Below are positions 48,210-57,600 of a stretch of DNA of 64,000 nucleotides, in pieces. The notes under the pieces are model-generated. The model was not told the DNA's origin. It made no database searches and saw only the letters and a program-made list of their open reading frames with translations. Source of the stretch: a virus; IMG/VR virus record IMGVR_UViG_3300027816_000057; one strand, written 5' to 3'. Position 1 is the stretch's first letter. Each line of letters starts with the position of its first letter. Position numbers and translations under genes: made by a program.

Positions 48210-49128
48210 TATCTTCCTTTTCTTTAATTTTCTTTTCTTTAAAAACCGTTCCGTCTAAATATGGTAGATCAACATTTCCGTCTTCGTATTGAATCGGTTT
48301 TTGCCAATCGTCTAATTTTTTACTGGTCGCCATTCTCATTAGTTCTGCAAATCGACCTTCTTTATTCCGGATTTCTTCTTGGTTAAATTTTTTAATTAAA
48401 TCGAAAAATGTAGCCGAACCTATCTTTTCTTTACTTTCACGCTGTTTTCTCGTGGTATTCAGATTGTCTTGAATAGAGGTATATTCTTTATTAAGAGCTA
48501 CAAACTCTTTATTTAATTCGATTTCTTGACCGTTGTAAGATTCTATTGTTTGTAAAATTTGTAAATCTTTATCGTTTTCTGGATCAAGCTCGTCTTTTCC
48601 GGATAATTCATGTCTTAGCTTTTGTTGAATGCAATGTATTTCTTTTAAATTCTTTTGGTTGTCCAATATTCTAATATTTAATATAATCATCTTTTCTAAC
48701 ATATCTTCTTCGGAAGGAGTCATATCTTCCAATTGAATATGATACTGGACCCATTGATCAACAAAAAACAAAAAATTATCTTCGGTTAGTATTTTTTCTA
48801 ATTTTTTTCCTCTTGGGGTAGAAATAAAAGCTGATCCATGTATTTTGGTTTGCTCGTCTTTAAATTTTAGCTTTTTCTTTTCTTCAAGAATCTGTATTTC
48901 TTCGGATTCGGTCGGTTTATAGTTTAATAGATTACCAGCCTGATCTCTCTTTACTCCGAAAATATTAATTCTGTATTTTTTAACTACCGGAACTGATCTT
49001 TTTATTTCTTCAGCTATTTTTTTATCTGACCATCCTTCATCGATTTTTTCTTTAATGAAAGATATTTCTTTTTCAGATAACGGTTGTTTAAACTCTTTTT
49101 TAGGCTGATTCGTTTTTTCGTCAGACAT
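48169..49128 (-). CDS. HTH plus coiled-coil protein, candidate terminase small subunit
   Basis: N-terminal HTH (WSDKKIAEEIKRS), helical oligomerisation-like region, upstream of TerL. Confidence 0.45.
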   Translation of the reverse strand: MSDEKTNQPKKEFKQPLSEKEISFIKEKIDEGWSDKKIAEEIKRSVPVVKKYRINIFGVKRDQAGNLLNYKPTESEEIQILEEKKKLKFKDEQTKIHGSAFISTPRGKKLEKILTEDNFLFFVDQWVQYHIQLEDMTPSEEDMLEKMIILNIRILDNQKNLKEIHCIQQKLRHELSGKDELDPENDKDLQILQTIESYNGQEIELNKEFVALNKEYTSIQDNLNTTRKQRESKEKIGSATFFDLIKKFNQEEIRNKEGRFAELMRMATSKKLDDWQKPIQYEDGNVDLPYLDGTVFKEKKIKEKEDNAKSREDSSNNGD

Positions 49129-49673
49129 TATTTAACATCCTGTAGTATATTTTTAACTTCTTCACATAATCGACTTTTATGAAAACTGTTTATATTATCG
49201 CCGCTTAATATAGATTCTAATATTTCTATATGTTCTTCATCCAGTCTTTTAGTTATAAATTCTAGTAAATCCAAGCTTTCAAAATTTTCTTCAAAACTAT
49301 TTTTAAGATTTTTATCATTTGTTGTATGAACATCTATAGGATTAAGAAGATTAATTCGACGCTGTTTGTCATGCGGCGATTTATCTGATTTATAAGTTTT
49401 GTAATGAATACCTTCGTGATCTCTAAAGAAATTCTTTAATCTATTAGAGACGACTTTATTTAAAAAGTTTTCTAGTGCTTGTTTAGGTTTTTTAACATTT
49501 TGTTTTTGTATGCAAAATTCTGGTATTTTAGAAACGCATATTAAACACGCCTGTTGATATATATCATCCTCGGTAAAAGACCCGAATACTTTATGCTTAT
49601 GATTTTCTGCTACTTTTTGTACTATTTCAGTGATTTCTTTTTGCGTTAAAAGATTGGTAATTTTATTATTCAT
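49128..49673 (-). CDS. sigma-70 region-2-like protein (candidate late sigma factor)
   Basis: EDDIYQQA.L..., F...VV.NRLKNFFR pattern typical of sigma region 2. Confidence 0.55.
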   Translation of the reverse strand: MNNKITNLLTQKEITEIVQKVAENHKHKVFGSFTEDDIYQQACLICVSKIPEFCIQKQNVKKPKQALENFLNKVVSNRLKNFFRDHEGIHYKTYKSDKSPHDKQRRINLLNPIDVHTTNDKNLKNSFEENFESLDLLEFITKRLDEEHIEILESILSGDNINSFHKSRLCEEVKNILQDVK

Positions 49674-49702
49674 ACATATTTATAGTTCATATATAGTTAT
49701 TA

Positions 49703-49719
49703 TACTCAAATTTTGAGTA
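49703..49719. promoter_or_regulatory. 8-bp inverted repeat between divergent promoters
   Basis: TACTCAAA-T-TTTGAGTA, overlapping GAGTATAAT (-) and next to GTGTATATT (+, 49725-49733). Confidence 0.55.
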
Positions 49720-49748
49720 CTTAGGTGTATATTTTATTAGGAGATTGT

Positions 49749-50006
49749 ATGAGCTATCAACGAAAAAATAGATGGACAGAATCGCAAATTATGTTTTTAA
49801 AGGATAATCACGAAAAGATGAAGGATGAACAAATAGCGGAAGTTTTAGGCCGTACTTTAAAAGCAGTGCGTCTTAAAAGAGCTAGATTAAATCTTCCTAA
49901 AGCTAGCGGTAGATCGTTATGCGAGTCGTTATCATCTTACAAAGCAAGAACAAAACAGACTCCAAATATTGAATCGGATAATCCCCCTATACTATCAGAG
50001 GTATAA
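49749..50006 (+). CDS. small HTH (Myb-like) DNA-binding protein
   Basis: RWTESQ..FL......D.QIAEVLGRT..AVR.KR..L.L; AGGAGA RBS. Confidence 0.7.
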   Translation: MSYQRKNRWTESQIMFLKDNHEKMKDEQIAEVLGRTLKAVRLKRARLNLPKASGRSLCESLSSYKARTKQTPNIESDNPPILSEV

Positions 50007-50007
50007 T

Positions 50008-50793
50008 TTGCCTCCAATTGGTACCACCCCTACTTGGGCCTTACATGGAAGTAAGGCAAATTTAGCTAAATGGATAGTTTCTATACTTCCAGATAATATC
50101 AATACGTTTATAGAACCTTTTGCGGGTCGCGGTAATATCACATATCGTTTAAAAACCACGCCTAAAAAGTTTGTCAATAAGTACATACTGAATGATTTAT
50201 ATAACTATCATTGGTTTAAAGCTATCCAGAATTATACGGGCGATTGGTCGTTTCTAGAACCGGAAATAACCAATGAGATTTACCGTAAATGGCGTAATTC
50301 GCCTGATAGTATCGAAAGAGACTTAATGGAACCTATAGCCAATTATCAAGGTAATAATTGGAATATGAATTCAGCCAACAATTATTCGTTAGGTTCTCGT
50401 TATGGTAGCCCTAATTTTAAATCTAATCTAGAAAGAAAATACAAATTAACGCAAAATCTTCTTAAAAATTGTGAAACCTACGGATATAATTACAAAGAAC
50501 TGTTCGATCATATCAAAATATCTAGCGGCGACGTTGTTTATTTTGATCCTCCCTACTTAAGTCCATACGATGAAAAAAGAACGTATCCTAATATAAACCA
50601 TAATGAATTTCTAGATTTTGTTTTTACTTTAAAATGTAAAGTTTTTATATCGGGATACGAATCAGAATTATATTTTGATAGATTAAAAAATTGCAAGTGT
50701 CATGTTAAAGAAAGATATAGTACCGCCAAACAAAGACAAGGCACAGAAGGTAAAGAAATAAAAAAGGTAGAATATTTATGGGAAGTCAACTAG
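50008..50793 (+). CDS. DNA adenine methyltransferase (D12 class)
   Basis: GSK..LA.WI, FIEPFAG.G, LND, VYFDPPY, ISGY; probable TTG start at 50008 after GAGGT. Confidence 0.85.
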   Translation: MPPIGTTPTWALHGSKANLAKWIVSILPDNINTFIEPFAGRGNITYRLKTTPKKFVNKYILNDLYNYHWFKAIQNYTGDWSFLEPEITNEIYRKWRNSPDSIERDLMEPIANYQGNNWNMNSANNYSLGSRYGSPNFKSNLERKYKLTQNLLKNCETYGYNYKELFDHIKISSGDVVYFDPPYLSPYDEKRTYPNINHNEFLDFVFTLKCKVFISGYESELYFDRLKNCKCHVKERYSTAKQRQGTEGKEIKKVEYLWEVN

Positions 50794-51059
50794 AAACTGA
50801 ATTTAAATTACCAACTAATTTAGAAAATTATTTTTCCGCATGGAACGAAGGATATAAACTAGGTATGAGAGATGCATATAAAAATGAAGAACCGGCTAAT
50901 AATTTCTTAGATGAAAAAGACGGGTTTATGGGCGGTTATATACTAGGTTATTCTAATCGTATAGAAAAATCACAAGGTCTAGATAGAGCCAGAAGTTATC
51001 AAAGTGAATTTATTAATAATTGTAAAAATGGCGTGGTTAGATATAATAAAGCGAATTAA
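50778..51059 (+). CDS. hypothetical protein
   Basis: GY..G repeats; stop codon overlaps the tRNA-Gly 5' end. Confidence 0.5.
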   Translation: MGSQLETEFKLPTNLENYFSAWNEGYKLGMRDAYKNEEPANNFLDEKDGFMGGYILGYSNRIEKSQGLDRARSYQSEFINNCKNGVVRYNKAN

Positions 51060-51123
51060 GCGTAAAAGGTGACGTATTTGATTTCCAATCAAAAGAAGGA
51101 GGGTTCGATTCCCCCAATTCGCA
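51051..51123 (+). tRNA. tRNA-Gly(TCC), slightly non-canonical
   Basis: Acceptor GCGAATT/AATTCGC, anticodon arm TTTGA-TTTCCAA-TCAAA, TTCGA T-loop; A at position 8 and an A:C mismatch in the T stem; no CCA. Confidence 0.75.
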
Positions 51124-51127
51124 TTTT

Positions 51128-51203
51128 GCTAGCATAGCTCCAACCGGCTTAGAGCGTCTGCTTGTCACGCAGAAGGATATGGGTTCGAATCCCATTGTTA
51201 GCG
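51128..51203 (+). tRNA. tRNA-Asp(GTC)
   Basis: GCTAGCA/TGTTAGC acceptor, GCTC/GAGC D stem, TCTGC-TTGTCAC-GCAGA, ATGGG-TTCGAAT-CCCAT, G73. Confidence 0.92.
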
Positions 51204-51218
51204 TTTGAGGAAAATTGT

Positions 51219-51551
51219 ATGACTTATAAAGCGGTTGGCACATGCGGTTCTTGTGGGGGTTGTGTATCGGTTCCCTATGTATGGAATGGATTACATCCAC
51301 CGAAACCACAATGTTTACAGTGCGGAAAACATCCTAAAGAAAGTTTCGGGAAAATTATACCTATGGAAGATTCTACAAATATTCCTTTACCGCCGCCAAG
51401 ACCTCCGTTGGAATTAAGTAATAAAGGAGGAAGCGAACATCGTAAGATGATTCAAGAAAAATTAAAAGCAGTCTCTAAAAAGAGAGAAGAAATAAGAATT
51501 AGATATGAAAACAACGGCGGGTTTTTAGGCTTGTATACGTCTCCTTGGTAA
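51219..51551 (+). CDS. zinc-ribbon hypothetical protein
   Basis: CGSCGG...CLQCG; GAGG RBS; start after tRNA-Asp. Confidence 0.55.
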   Translation: MTYKAVGTCGSCGGCVSVPYVWNGLHPPKPQCLQCGKHPKESFGKIIPMEDSTNIPLPPPRPPLELSNKGGSEHRKMIQEKLKAVSKKREEIRIRYENNGGFLGLYTSPW

Positions 51552-51557
51552 AAATAA

Positions 51558-51631
51558 CAGAGTGTAGGATAATTTGGTATTCCGTCTGGTTTGGGGCCAG
51601 AAAACTGCAGGTTCAAATCCTGTCACTCTGA
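51558..51631 (+). tRNA. tRNA-Pro(TGG)
   Basis: CAGAGTG/CACTCTG acceptor, TCTGG-TTTGGGG-CCAGA, GCAGG-TTCAAAT-CCTGT, A73. Confidence 0.92.
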
Positions 51632-51639
51632 TTTAAATT

Positions 51640-51740
51640 AATCTAGTAGCTCAGTTGGCTAGAGCAGAGTACCCTTATGGTAAAGGACCAAAACACCGGG
51701 ATTTATACTCAGGCCGTTGGTTCGAGTCCAACCTAGATTA
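51640..51740 (+). tRNA. tRNA with a 27-nt anticodon-loop insertion (possible intron; Lys-CTT if spliced at 37/38)
   Basis: Perfect AATCTAG/CTAGATT, GCTC/GAGC, GAGTA/TACTC and GTTGG-TTCGAGT-CCAAC stems, with 34 nt instead of 7 in the anticodon loop. Confidence 0.75.
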
Positions 51741-51742
51741 TT

Positions 51743-51922
51743 ATGAATAAATATTATTTTCGCTATTCCATAGATTACCAAGATCATTGGGCTGAATATG
51801 TAAAAATTATAACAGCTTCGGATGTAGAACAAGCTGAAATTCAAATAGCAAAAATATTAAGAGATAGACCTTTTAAAATACATCAAATATATAAAATGGA
51901 GTTAATAGAAGATAATGGATAA
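51743..51922 (+). CDS. hypothetical protein (59 aa, not in the ORF track)
   Basis: MNKYYFRYSIDYQ...IEDNG fills the gap between the tRNA and the ATP-grasp gene. Confidence 0.5.
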   Translation: MNKYYFRYSIDYQDHWAEYVKIITASDVEQAEIQIAKILRDRPFKIHQIYKMELIEDNG

Positions 51923-52721
51923 ACCTCTTTTATTAATTGAAAATTACGACGAAGCCACAGAAAAACTAATTCAATTAGCAAAAGAAAAAAGTTTTCCGGT
52001 CGCTATATGTAAACAAGATAAGGTGTTTCAATATGTAGTGGATAACTATAAGCCGGAACTTTCTGATTATAAAACCTATTTTTTCGGCACTCTTTTTGGA
52101 TATCGACAAATATCTAAAAATTGTATAGTTAATGATGTTGATTTTAGAAAATACGATTGTTCATCATATTATAATCATTTTAATTGGCATTTATTAAATG
52201 AAAAATATGTCATGCTTCCATTGAACGATATCATTCGTCAATACGATGATCTATTATCATATTTCAGATGTAATAAATTATTTATAAGACCCGATTCTTC
52301 ACAAAAACCTTTTACCGGCTTTGTAACCGATAAAAACTATAAGAACGAAATCAATTATCATCTTCAACGTCTTAATTCAAATCCAATGTGTCTTATAGCA
52401 CCCGTTAAAAACATTCTAGAAGAATACCGATTAATAATAAATAAAAAATCCGTCCTTACCCGATGCCAATATATTAAAAACGGCGAGATTGATATAAAAA
52501 AAGACGTACCGGACGATATAATAAATCACGTTGAAAAAATTGTTTTATCGCAAGTCTCTTGGTCGCCGGATGATTTATATGTACTAGACGTATGCCGGGT
52601 AGAAACAGATGGTCCTGAATCTGATATTAAAGTAGTGGAAATAAACGCATTGTCAACAAGCGGTCTTTATGAATGCGATTTGTCAAAGATATTAGATGCA
52701 GTAGAGAAAAATCATGAATGA
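51915..52721 (+). CDS. ATP-grasp domain protein (DUF4343/R2K-like)
   Basis: LFIRP....K.FTG, EEYR, YVLDV, VVEIN...SGLY. Confidence 0.75.
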   Translation: MDKPLLLIENYDEATEKLIQLAKEKSFPVAICKQDKVFQYVVDNYKPELSDYKTYFFGTLFGYRQISKNCIVNDVDFRKYDCSSYYNHFNWHLLNEKYVMLPLNDIIRQYDDLLSYFRCNKLFIRPDSSQKPFTGFVTDKNYKNEINYHLQRLNSNPMCLIAPVKNILEEYRLIINKKSVLTRCQYIKNGEIDIKKDVPDDIINHVEKIVLSQVSWSPDDLYVLDVCRVETDGPESDIKVVEINALSTSGLYECDLSKILDAVEKNHE

Positions 52722-53184
52722 GAAGATTAAAACATTAGGTGATTTTAAAAATTTAAATGAAACACCGATGGTAACACCAAAAGACAGAGTAAAACTGATA
52801 GAAGAAGCTAAGAAAATAGAGACTAGGCCCGTTAAAAAATTCGATTCTGGTCTTTTAGAACCTCAAATATATGTCAATATTGTTCATATAAACAATCTTT
52901 TATTGGATAATTTGGATGAAAAAATTCTAAAACAATCATATAAAATCTATCGTTATGATGAAAACGAAGAGGCGTCACAATATATAGAGTGTTGTAAATC
53001 TATATGGGAAAAACTTTTAAAAGATTACGCATCTTTAGGATGGAATATTAAATATATTTTTACAGATTATGGGGACGGATTATATATAAGAATACAATTT
53101 TCATTAAATAAGTTTAATTTATTTGATAAAATATATGAATGGATATCTTCTGGACTAATATGGAAACATATTAATGGAAAATGA
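52714..53184 (+). CDS. hypothetical protein
   Basis: Overlapping operonic ORF. Confidence 0.55.
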   Translation: MNEKIKTLGDFKNLNETPMVTPKDRVKLIEEAKKIETRPVKKFDSGLLEPQIYVNIVHINNLLLDNLDEKILKQSYKIYRYDENEEASQYIECCKSIWEKLLKDYASLGWNIKYIFTDYGDGLYIRIQFSLNKFNLFDKIYEWISSGLIWKHINGK

Positions 53185-53692
53185 ATTAATATATACCGGC
53201 ATCGGATCACGATCAACTCCCGATCCTATCTTAAAAAAGATGGAAACTATTGGCAGAATCTTAGCTAATAGAGGATGGACTTTAAGAAGCGGAGCGGCTG
53301 ACGGTGCCGATTCAGCTTTTGAAAAGGGATGCGATCAAGTAACCGGACCAAAAGAAATTTATTTACCCGCCAGAAAATTTAATAACAGCCGGTCTATTTT
53401 ATATCACGTTGGAGAAGATGCTTTAGAATTAGCTTCTACAATTCATCCCGCTTGGGATAAATGTTCTTCTTTTGCTAAACTTTTACATGCCAGAAATTGT
53501 TATCAAGTATTAGGGAGAGATTTAAACGCTCCTTCGTTATTTGTTGTTTGTTGGACTGAAAACGGAGAAGCTCTTGGCGGCACCGCTACTGCTATTAATT
53601 TAGCCAAAAAACACAATATACCAGTTTTTAATTTATGCACTATGGATAGTATTAAACAACAAGTATTGGAAATAGAAAATGCTAATAAATAA
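53174..53692 (+). CDS. SLOG-superfamily (DprA/Smf-like) nucleotide-binding protein
   Basis: YTGIGSR.TP, LRSGAADGAD.AFE, HARN, GGTATA..LA....IPVFNL. Confidence 0.75.
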   Translation: MENELIYTGIGSRSTPDPILKKMETIGRILANRGWTLRSGAADGADSAFEKGCDQVTGPKEIYLPARKFNNSRSILYHVGEDALELASTIHPAWDKCSSFAKLLHARNCYQVLGRDLNAPSLFVVCWTENGEALGGTATAINLAKKHNIPVFNLCTMDSIKQQVLEIENANK

Positions 53693-53945
53693 TATAAGTG
53701 ATGAAAATATCAAGCGAAAGATTAGTAAAGTTTTAACGGAACTAGATTCTGTCATAGAAAATTATGTTAACGTAAAAACGCAACATGATCAAGCGGAAAA
53801 AGAATATGATGGTCATTCTTGGGATTACCACGGAGGATCATATATAGAAGAAATGGAAAAAGCTAAAGATGAGGTTAAAAAACTATTTTTAAATGCCTCT
53901 GAATTATATGCGGAATATAAAATATCTATAAAAAATAAAATATGA
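53679..53945 (+). CDS. hypothetical protein
   Basis: Operonic ORF. Confidence 0.55.
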   Translation: MLINNISDENIKRKISKVLTELDSVIENYVNVKTQHDQAEKEYDGHSWDYHGGSYIEEMEKAKDEVKKLFLNASELYAEYKISIKNKI

Positions 53946-54316
53946 ATCAAAAACTTAAAAAATTACTAAATAAAATTTCGGATATTTCACATGAATCAAG
54001 ATATGTAGATTTGTACCAATTTGGTAGCAGCACAACAGTTGATAATTTTATTAAAATAATTAAAGAAAAATCACAAGATTTAATTGATCCTGTAATGTCA
54101 TTTGATAATGATGGATATGAAGATGGATATACTTATCTAAGAATAGAAGGCTATAGAAATAAATCTAAAGAGGAAATAGAAAAAGAAAAACAGCAAATTA
54201 TAGATATACATAATCACGAAATAAAACAAAAGAAAATTTTAGAGCAAGAAAAACAAGAAAATGAATTAAAGCAATTAGCTAAATTAAAGAGAAAATACGA
54301 AAAAAACAAATGTTAA
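53942..54316 (+). CDS. hypothetical protein
   Basis: Operonic ORF; C-terminal E..ELKQLAKLK.KYE helix. Confidence 0.55.
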   Translation: MNQKLKKLLNKISDISHESRYVDLYQFGSSTTVDNFIKIIKEKSQDLIDPVMSFDNDGYEDGYTYLRIEGYRNKSKEEIEKEKQQIIDIHNHEIKQKKILEQEKQENELKQLAKLKRKYEKNKC

Positions 54317-54465
54317 ACTTACTTTTATTTATAGGCTGGAGTTATCTTTTATATAGATTCGGTCGTAGAATAGAATTGGAACAATGGCTATACGTTCCAG
54401 ATCATAGAATGCAGTATAAATACCGTCTACATTGTCCTCAAATATGGCCCGGAAACGAGAAATAA
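54310..54465 (+). CDS. small hypothetical membrane protein (51 aa, not in the ORF track)
   Basis: MLNLLLFIGWSYLLYRFG...; its stop abuts the next ATG. Confidence 0.45.
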   Translation: MLNLLLFIGWSYLLYRFGRRIELEQWLYVPDHRMQYKYRLHCPQIWPGNEK

Positions 54466-55218
54466 ATGTCTAAGCATGTTATCGGAGATATCCACGGATG
54501 TTATTATACTCTATCTAAATTGATAGATAAAGTATTAGAACAAGACAAAAACCCGGAATTTATTTTTACCGGTGATTATATAGATCGTGGCCTTTATTCA
54601 AAATCCGTCATATCATTTTTATTAGATTTAGAAAAAAAATATAAATGCACTTTTTTACTAGGTAATCACGATGATGTTTTTAAATATTTACTAGGTCTGT
54701 CTCATGTCACTAATTTAGGTGATTATATTTTTGGAAAAGTTACTACTCAATCAATTTATGACTGGATGCGTGTTCACGGAATTAAACAAACAATAGATTC
54801 GTTTGGCATAGATAATTTAGAGATGTTGCCCGAGATAGACGATTATTATTTAGATTTCTTCCGTAAACTTGAAATAGGATATATAGACGATAAGTTTTTC
54901 GTATTCCACGGTTTTTATCCTAATCAAGAAGTTCCAAGAGATATCCGGTTTATCAAAGGTTCTCAAAAAGAGGAATTAATATGGGGGCGTTTTGACGAAC
55001 TTTTATCGAATTACAATAAATATTCTCAAAAGTGGGATAGAATAGGGATATTCGGACATACTCCAACTAGATATATCACTGGCAAAAACGAACCTCTAGT
55101 ATTGGATAAAATCGTAATGATAGACACAGAGGCTTATAGGGGTAGTTTTTTGACATCGTATAATACAGAAACCGGCCAGTTTATACAAGTACCAACGGAT
55201 AAAAGAGACATTTTATGA
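54466..55218 (+). CDS. metallophosphoesterase / Ser-Thr protein phosphatase (lambda NinI-like)
   Basis: GDIHG, GDYIDRG, GNHD, HG, FGHTP, IDT. Confidence 0.85.
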   Translation: MSKHVIGDIHGCYYTLSKLIDKVLEQDKNPEFIFTGDYIDRGLYSKSVISFLLDLEKKYKCTFLLGNHDDVFKYLLGLSHVTNLGDYIFGKVTTQSIYDWMRVHGIKQTIDSFGIDNLEMLPEIDDYYLDFFRKLEIGYIDDKFFVFHGFYPNQEVPRDIRFIKGSQKEELIWGRFDELLSNYNKYSQKWDRIGIFGHTPTRYITGKNEPLVLDKIVMIDTEAYRGSFLTSYNTETGQFIQVPTDKRDIL

Positions 55219-56179
55219 AAGATAAATTTTATACTAGTAGAATAGAAAAGTCATATATTTTAAGAATAAAAGAACATTTAGAAAATTATCCTATTGTAAT
55301 TCAAATAACTGATAAATATGATGGTTATTTAACCCTTGTTAATAACTATAAATCATTTTGTAATTTCTTTCTTAAAAGATTAGAACATATTTTAGGTTAT
55401 TATATAAGAAAACCGGACGAACCCAAAAAATTAGAATTTGATAAAAGCTTGTTAGATAAGCTTCCTGAAGGAAAAATAAAAGATAAATACAAAGATGAAT
55501 TGCGTCAATATGAAATAGATTATCAAGAATATGAAAATGATTTGGAATTGTATAACGACGCTGAAAACGCCATAAAAAATAAAAATGGCGAAATTGCATT
55601 TTTTATAATTAATCGGCGTAAAGATTATGAATACGAAGGTTTAGAAGTACATTTAATGAAATATTATGAATAATCTTAACTTTGACGGTATTAATGTATA
55701 TGATGTTCTCCATTTAATACGTTTAGACATGGATGAATTATATTGGAATAATGATAAAAATCAAAGTAGACTATATCATGATTTAGGTTTTTTGCTTTTG
55801 TATGGTATTGAATTACTTGAAAATAATATCAAAATATGGTCTTGGAAATGGTTAAGTAAAAACGGTAAACTGTGTGATTACGTTTATAGTCCAGACTTTC
55901 ATTTTTATGATCAAATAAGAGAAGCTGGATGCACGATTAATGACTATCAAATAAAAAGGAGATAATATGGCAAAGAAAAAGAAACAAGATTTAATGACAG
56001 ATGAACAAGTAGCGATAGTAGTATCTAACGAAGGTTTAGGTTATGCTATAACAGGCTATATGGGATCGGAAAATTTTGAGAATAAAGAACTTGCAGAACT
56101 TTGGAATCAAGCTAAAGACGTATTAGATAAAATTCAAAATATTCTTGATGAGGCTTGGGTAGAAGGAGACGAGATATGA
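55215..56179 (+). CDS. three hypothetical genes (55215-55673, 55666-55965, 55967-56179)
   Basis: Tightly overlapping co-oriented ORFs. Confidence 0.55.
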
Positions 56180-56430
56180 TTATTAAAGTTACCGGACAAG
56201 ATATTAAAAAAGCAAATAAAAACAGAAAATCTTGTATTTTATCTTCAAATACTTGTCCTGTTGCTCAGTCTTTAATGAGAGAATTTCCTAATTTAAGTAT
56301 ATTAGTTGGTTATGAACATACTCATATAGGTTCAAATATAATTGATAATACAATTAGAATGAAGCGATTTATTGATAAATTTGATAATCGTAAAAAAGTT
56401 AAGCCTTGTAATTTCAGGATTAACGTATGA
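56176..56430 (+). CDS. hypothetical protein, paralog of 62965-63237
   Basis: IKVT..DI......CP.A......RFI.KFD....VKP..F is shared. Confidence 0.6.
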   Translation: MIIKVTGQDIKKANKNRKSCILSSNTCPVAQSLMREFPNLSILVGYEHTHIGSNIIDNTIRMKRFIDKFDNRKKVKPCNFRINV

Positions 56431-57600
56431 CAAAAGAAGAAGCAGTAAACTATATTCAAGAAACAAATCGTATGATAGAAGATTGTAGACGTAGACAAAG
56501 TTATATTAAAGAAATATGCCCTCACGACTGGAGATACGAATATGATCCGGCTGGAGGAACCGATAGCGGTTGTATTTGTATTATTTGTGATTGCTGGAAA
56601 AAGAATATATGAATATTTTTACTAAAATAAAAGATTGGTGGAAAACTCATTATAGATATTATGCTAAAGTAGTATCGGTGTCAGAAGTTCCATATTTTGC
56701 ATATAATGATTTCGCTAAACAATCTTGTATACGAAGAGATTATATCTATGAATTAAAAATAGTCAGGTATGATAAACATTCTAGTCAAGATTATCCTATA
56801 GGATCAGTTTTTCGAATAAAATTTATCGACGATCCTATTTTTGAAAGACCGGACGATTATAATAAAAAGCCTAAATTATTTGACAAAATTGTATATTACG
56901 ATTTAAAATATGCTGAAAGAATTGGTTAAAATTTTAATTTGGTAAAACAGGAGTTAATATGACGATAAGTATAATGTTTGTTATGTTTTTGTCTACTTTT
57001 TTTCTTTTAGTTTTAATGTATTTTTGTTTTACTATGGGAGTATATGCCGGTATAGATAAGGAATACAAGTATTCTCTACGAAAGAATCCAATAACAAAAG
57101 AAGAATTATGGAATCTAGACGTTACGATTGCGGAATTCATTTATCCAAGATTAAAAGAATTTAGAAATACTGCACACGGTATACCTGAAGAACATATAGA
57201 TGATATGATTTTTGCTTTTGAAACATATGTACAGCAAGGTTATCCTAAATCTATCAATACTAAAACTAGAGAGGGGCGTAGAATTAGACGCGGTATGTAT
57301 CTTTTTTATAAGAATTTTCCAGCTCTTTGGAATTAATTAGGGATTTATATGCCTCTTTATACAGCGTTATGTGAAGTAAATTGTGGTATGGACCCGGATG
57401 GTAATTTTGACATATTTGAACAATATGTAACTATAAATGCAAATGATCCTAGAGACTTTTTAGTCTTGTTAGAGGAAAAATGCGGCTATGGTTATAGCGT
57501 CAAAGAATTATATTCTAATCACAGAATTGAAATTATTCCTAGTGACATAAAAATTAAATGGGATAATAAGGTAATAAATGATAAAATTTCTAAAAATTAA
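56427..57600 (+). CDS. four hypothetical genes (56427-56612, 56609-56929, 56959-57336 with N-terminal TM, 57349-57600)
   Basis: Co-oriented, overlapping or RBS-preceded ORFs. Confidence 0.5.

Larger units (their letters stand above)
15839..49707 (-). promoter_or_regulatory. recurring late-promoter motif G(T/A/G)GTATAA(T/A) at 15839, 20924, 27523, 33077, 36255, 37209, 39301, 40895, 41569 (variant), 42350, 44353, 46967, 49699 (left coordinate of each 9-mer)
   Basis: Same 9-mer on the - strand shortly upstream of the start codons of morphogenesis genes. Confidence 0.75.

Noticed and set aside
51667-51710. Archaeal bulge-helix-bulge splice motif, or an ochre-suppressor (TTA) reading of the odd tRNA
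   Set aside because: Positions 32-35 (CCCT) do not pair with the four bases required for a strict BHB. A TTA or TAT anticodon needs a weaker alternative stem and disrupts the perfect GAGTA/TACTC helix.
51037-51844. ORFs 51037-51309 (-) and 51659-51844 (-), and the 5' extension of 51162-51551
   Set aside because: They overlap clear tRNA genes; the translations are typical tRNA-antisense artefacts
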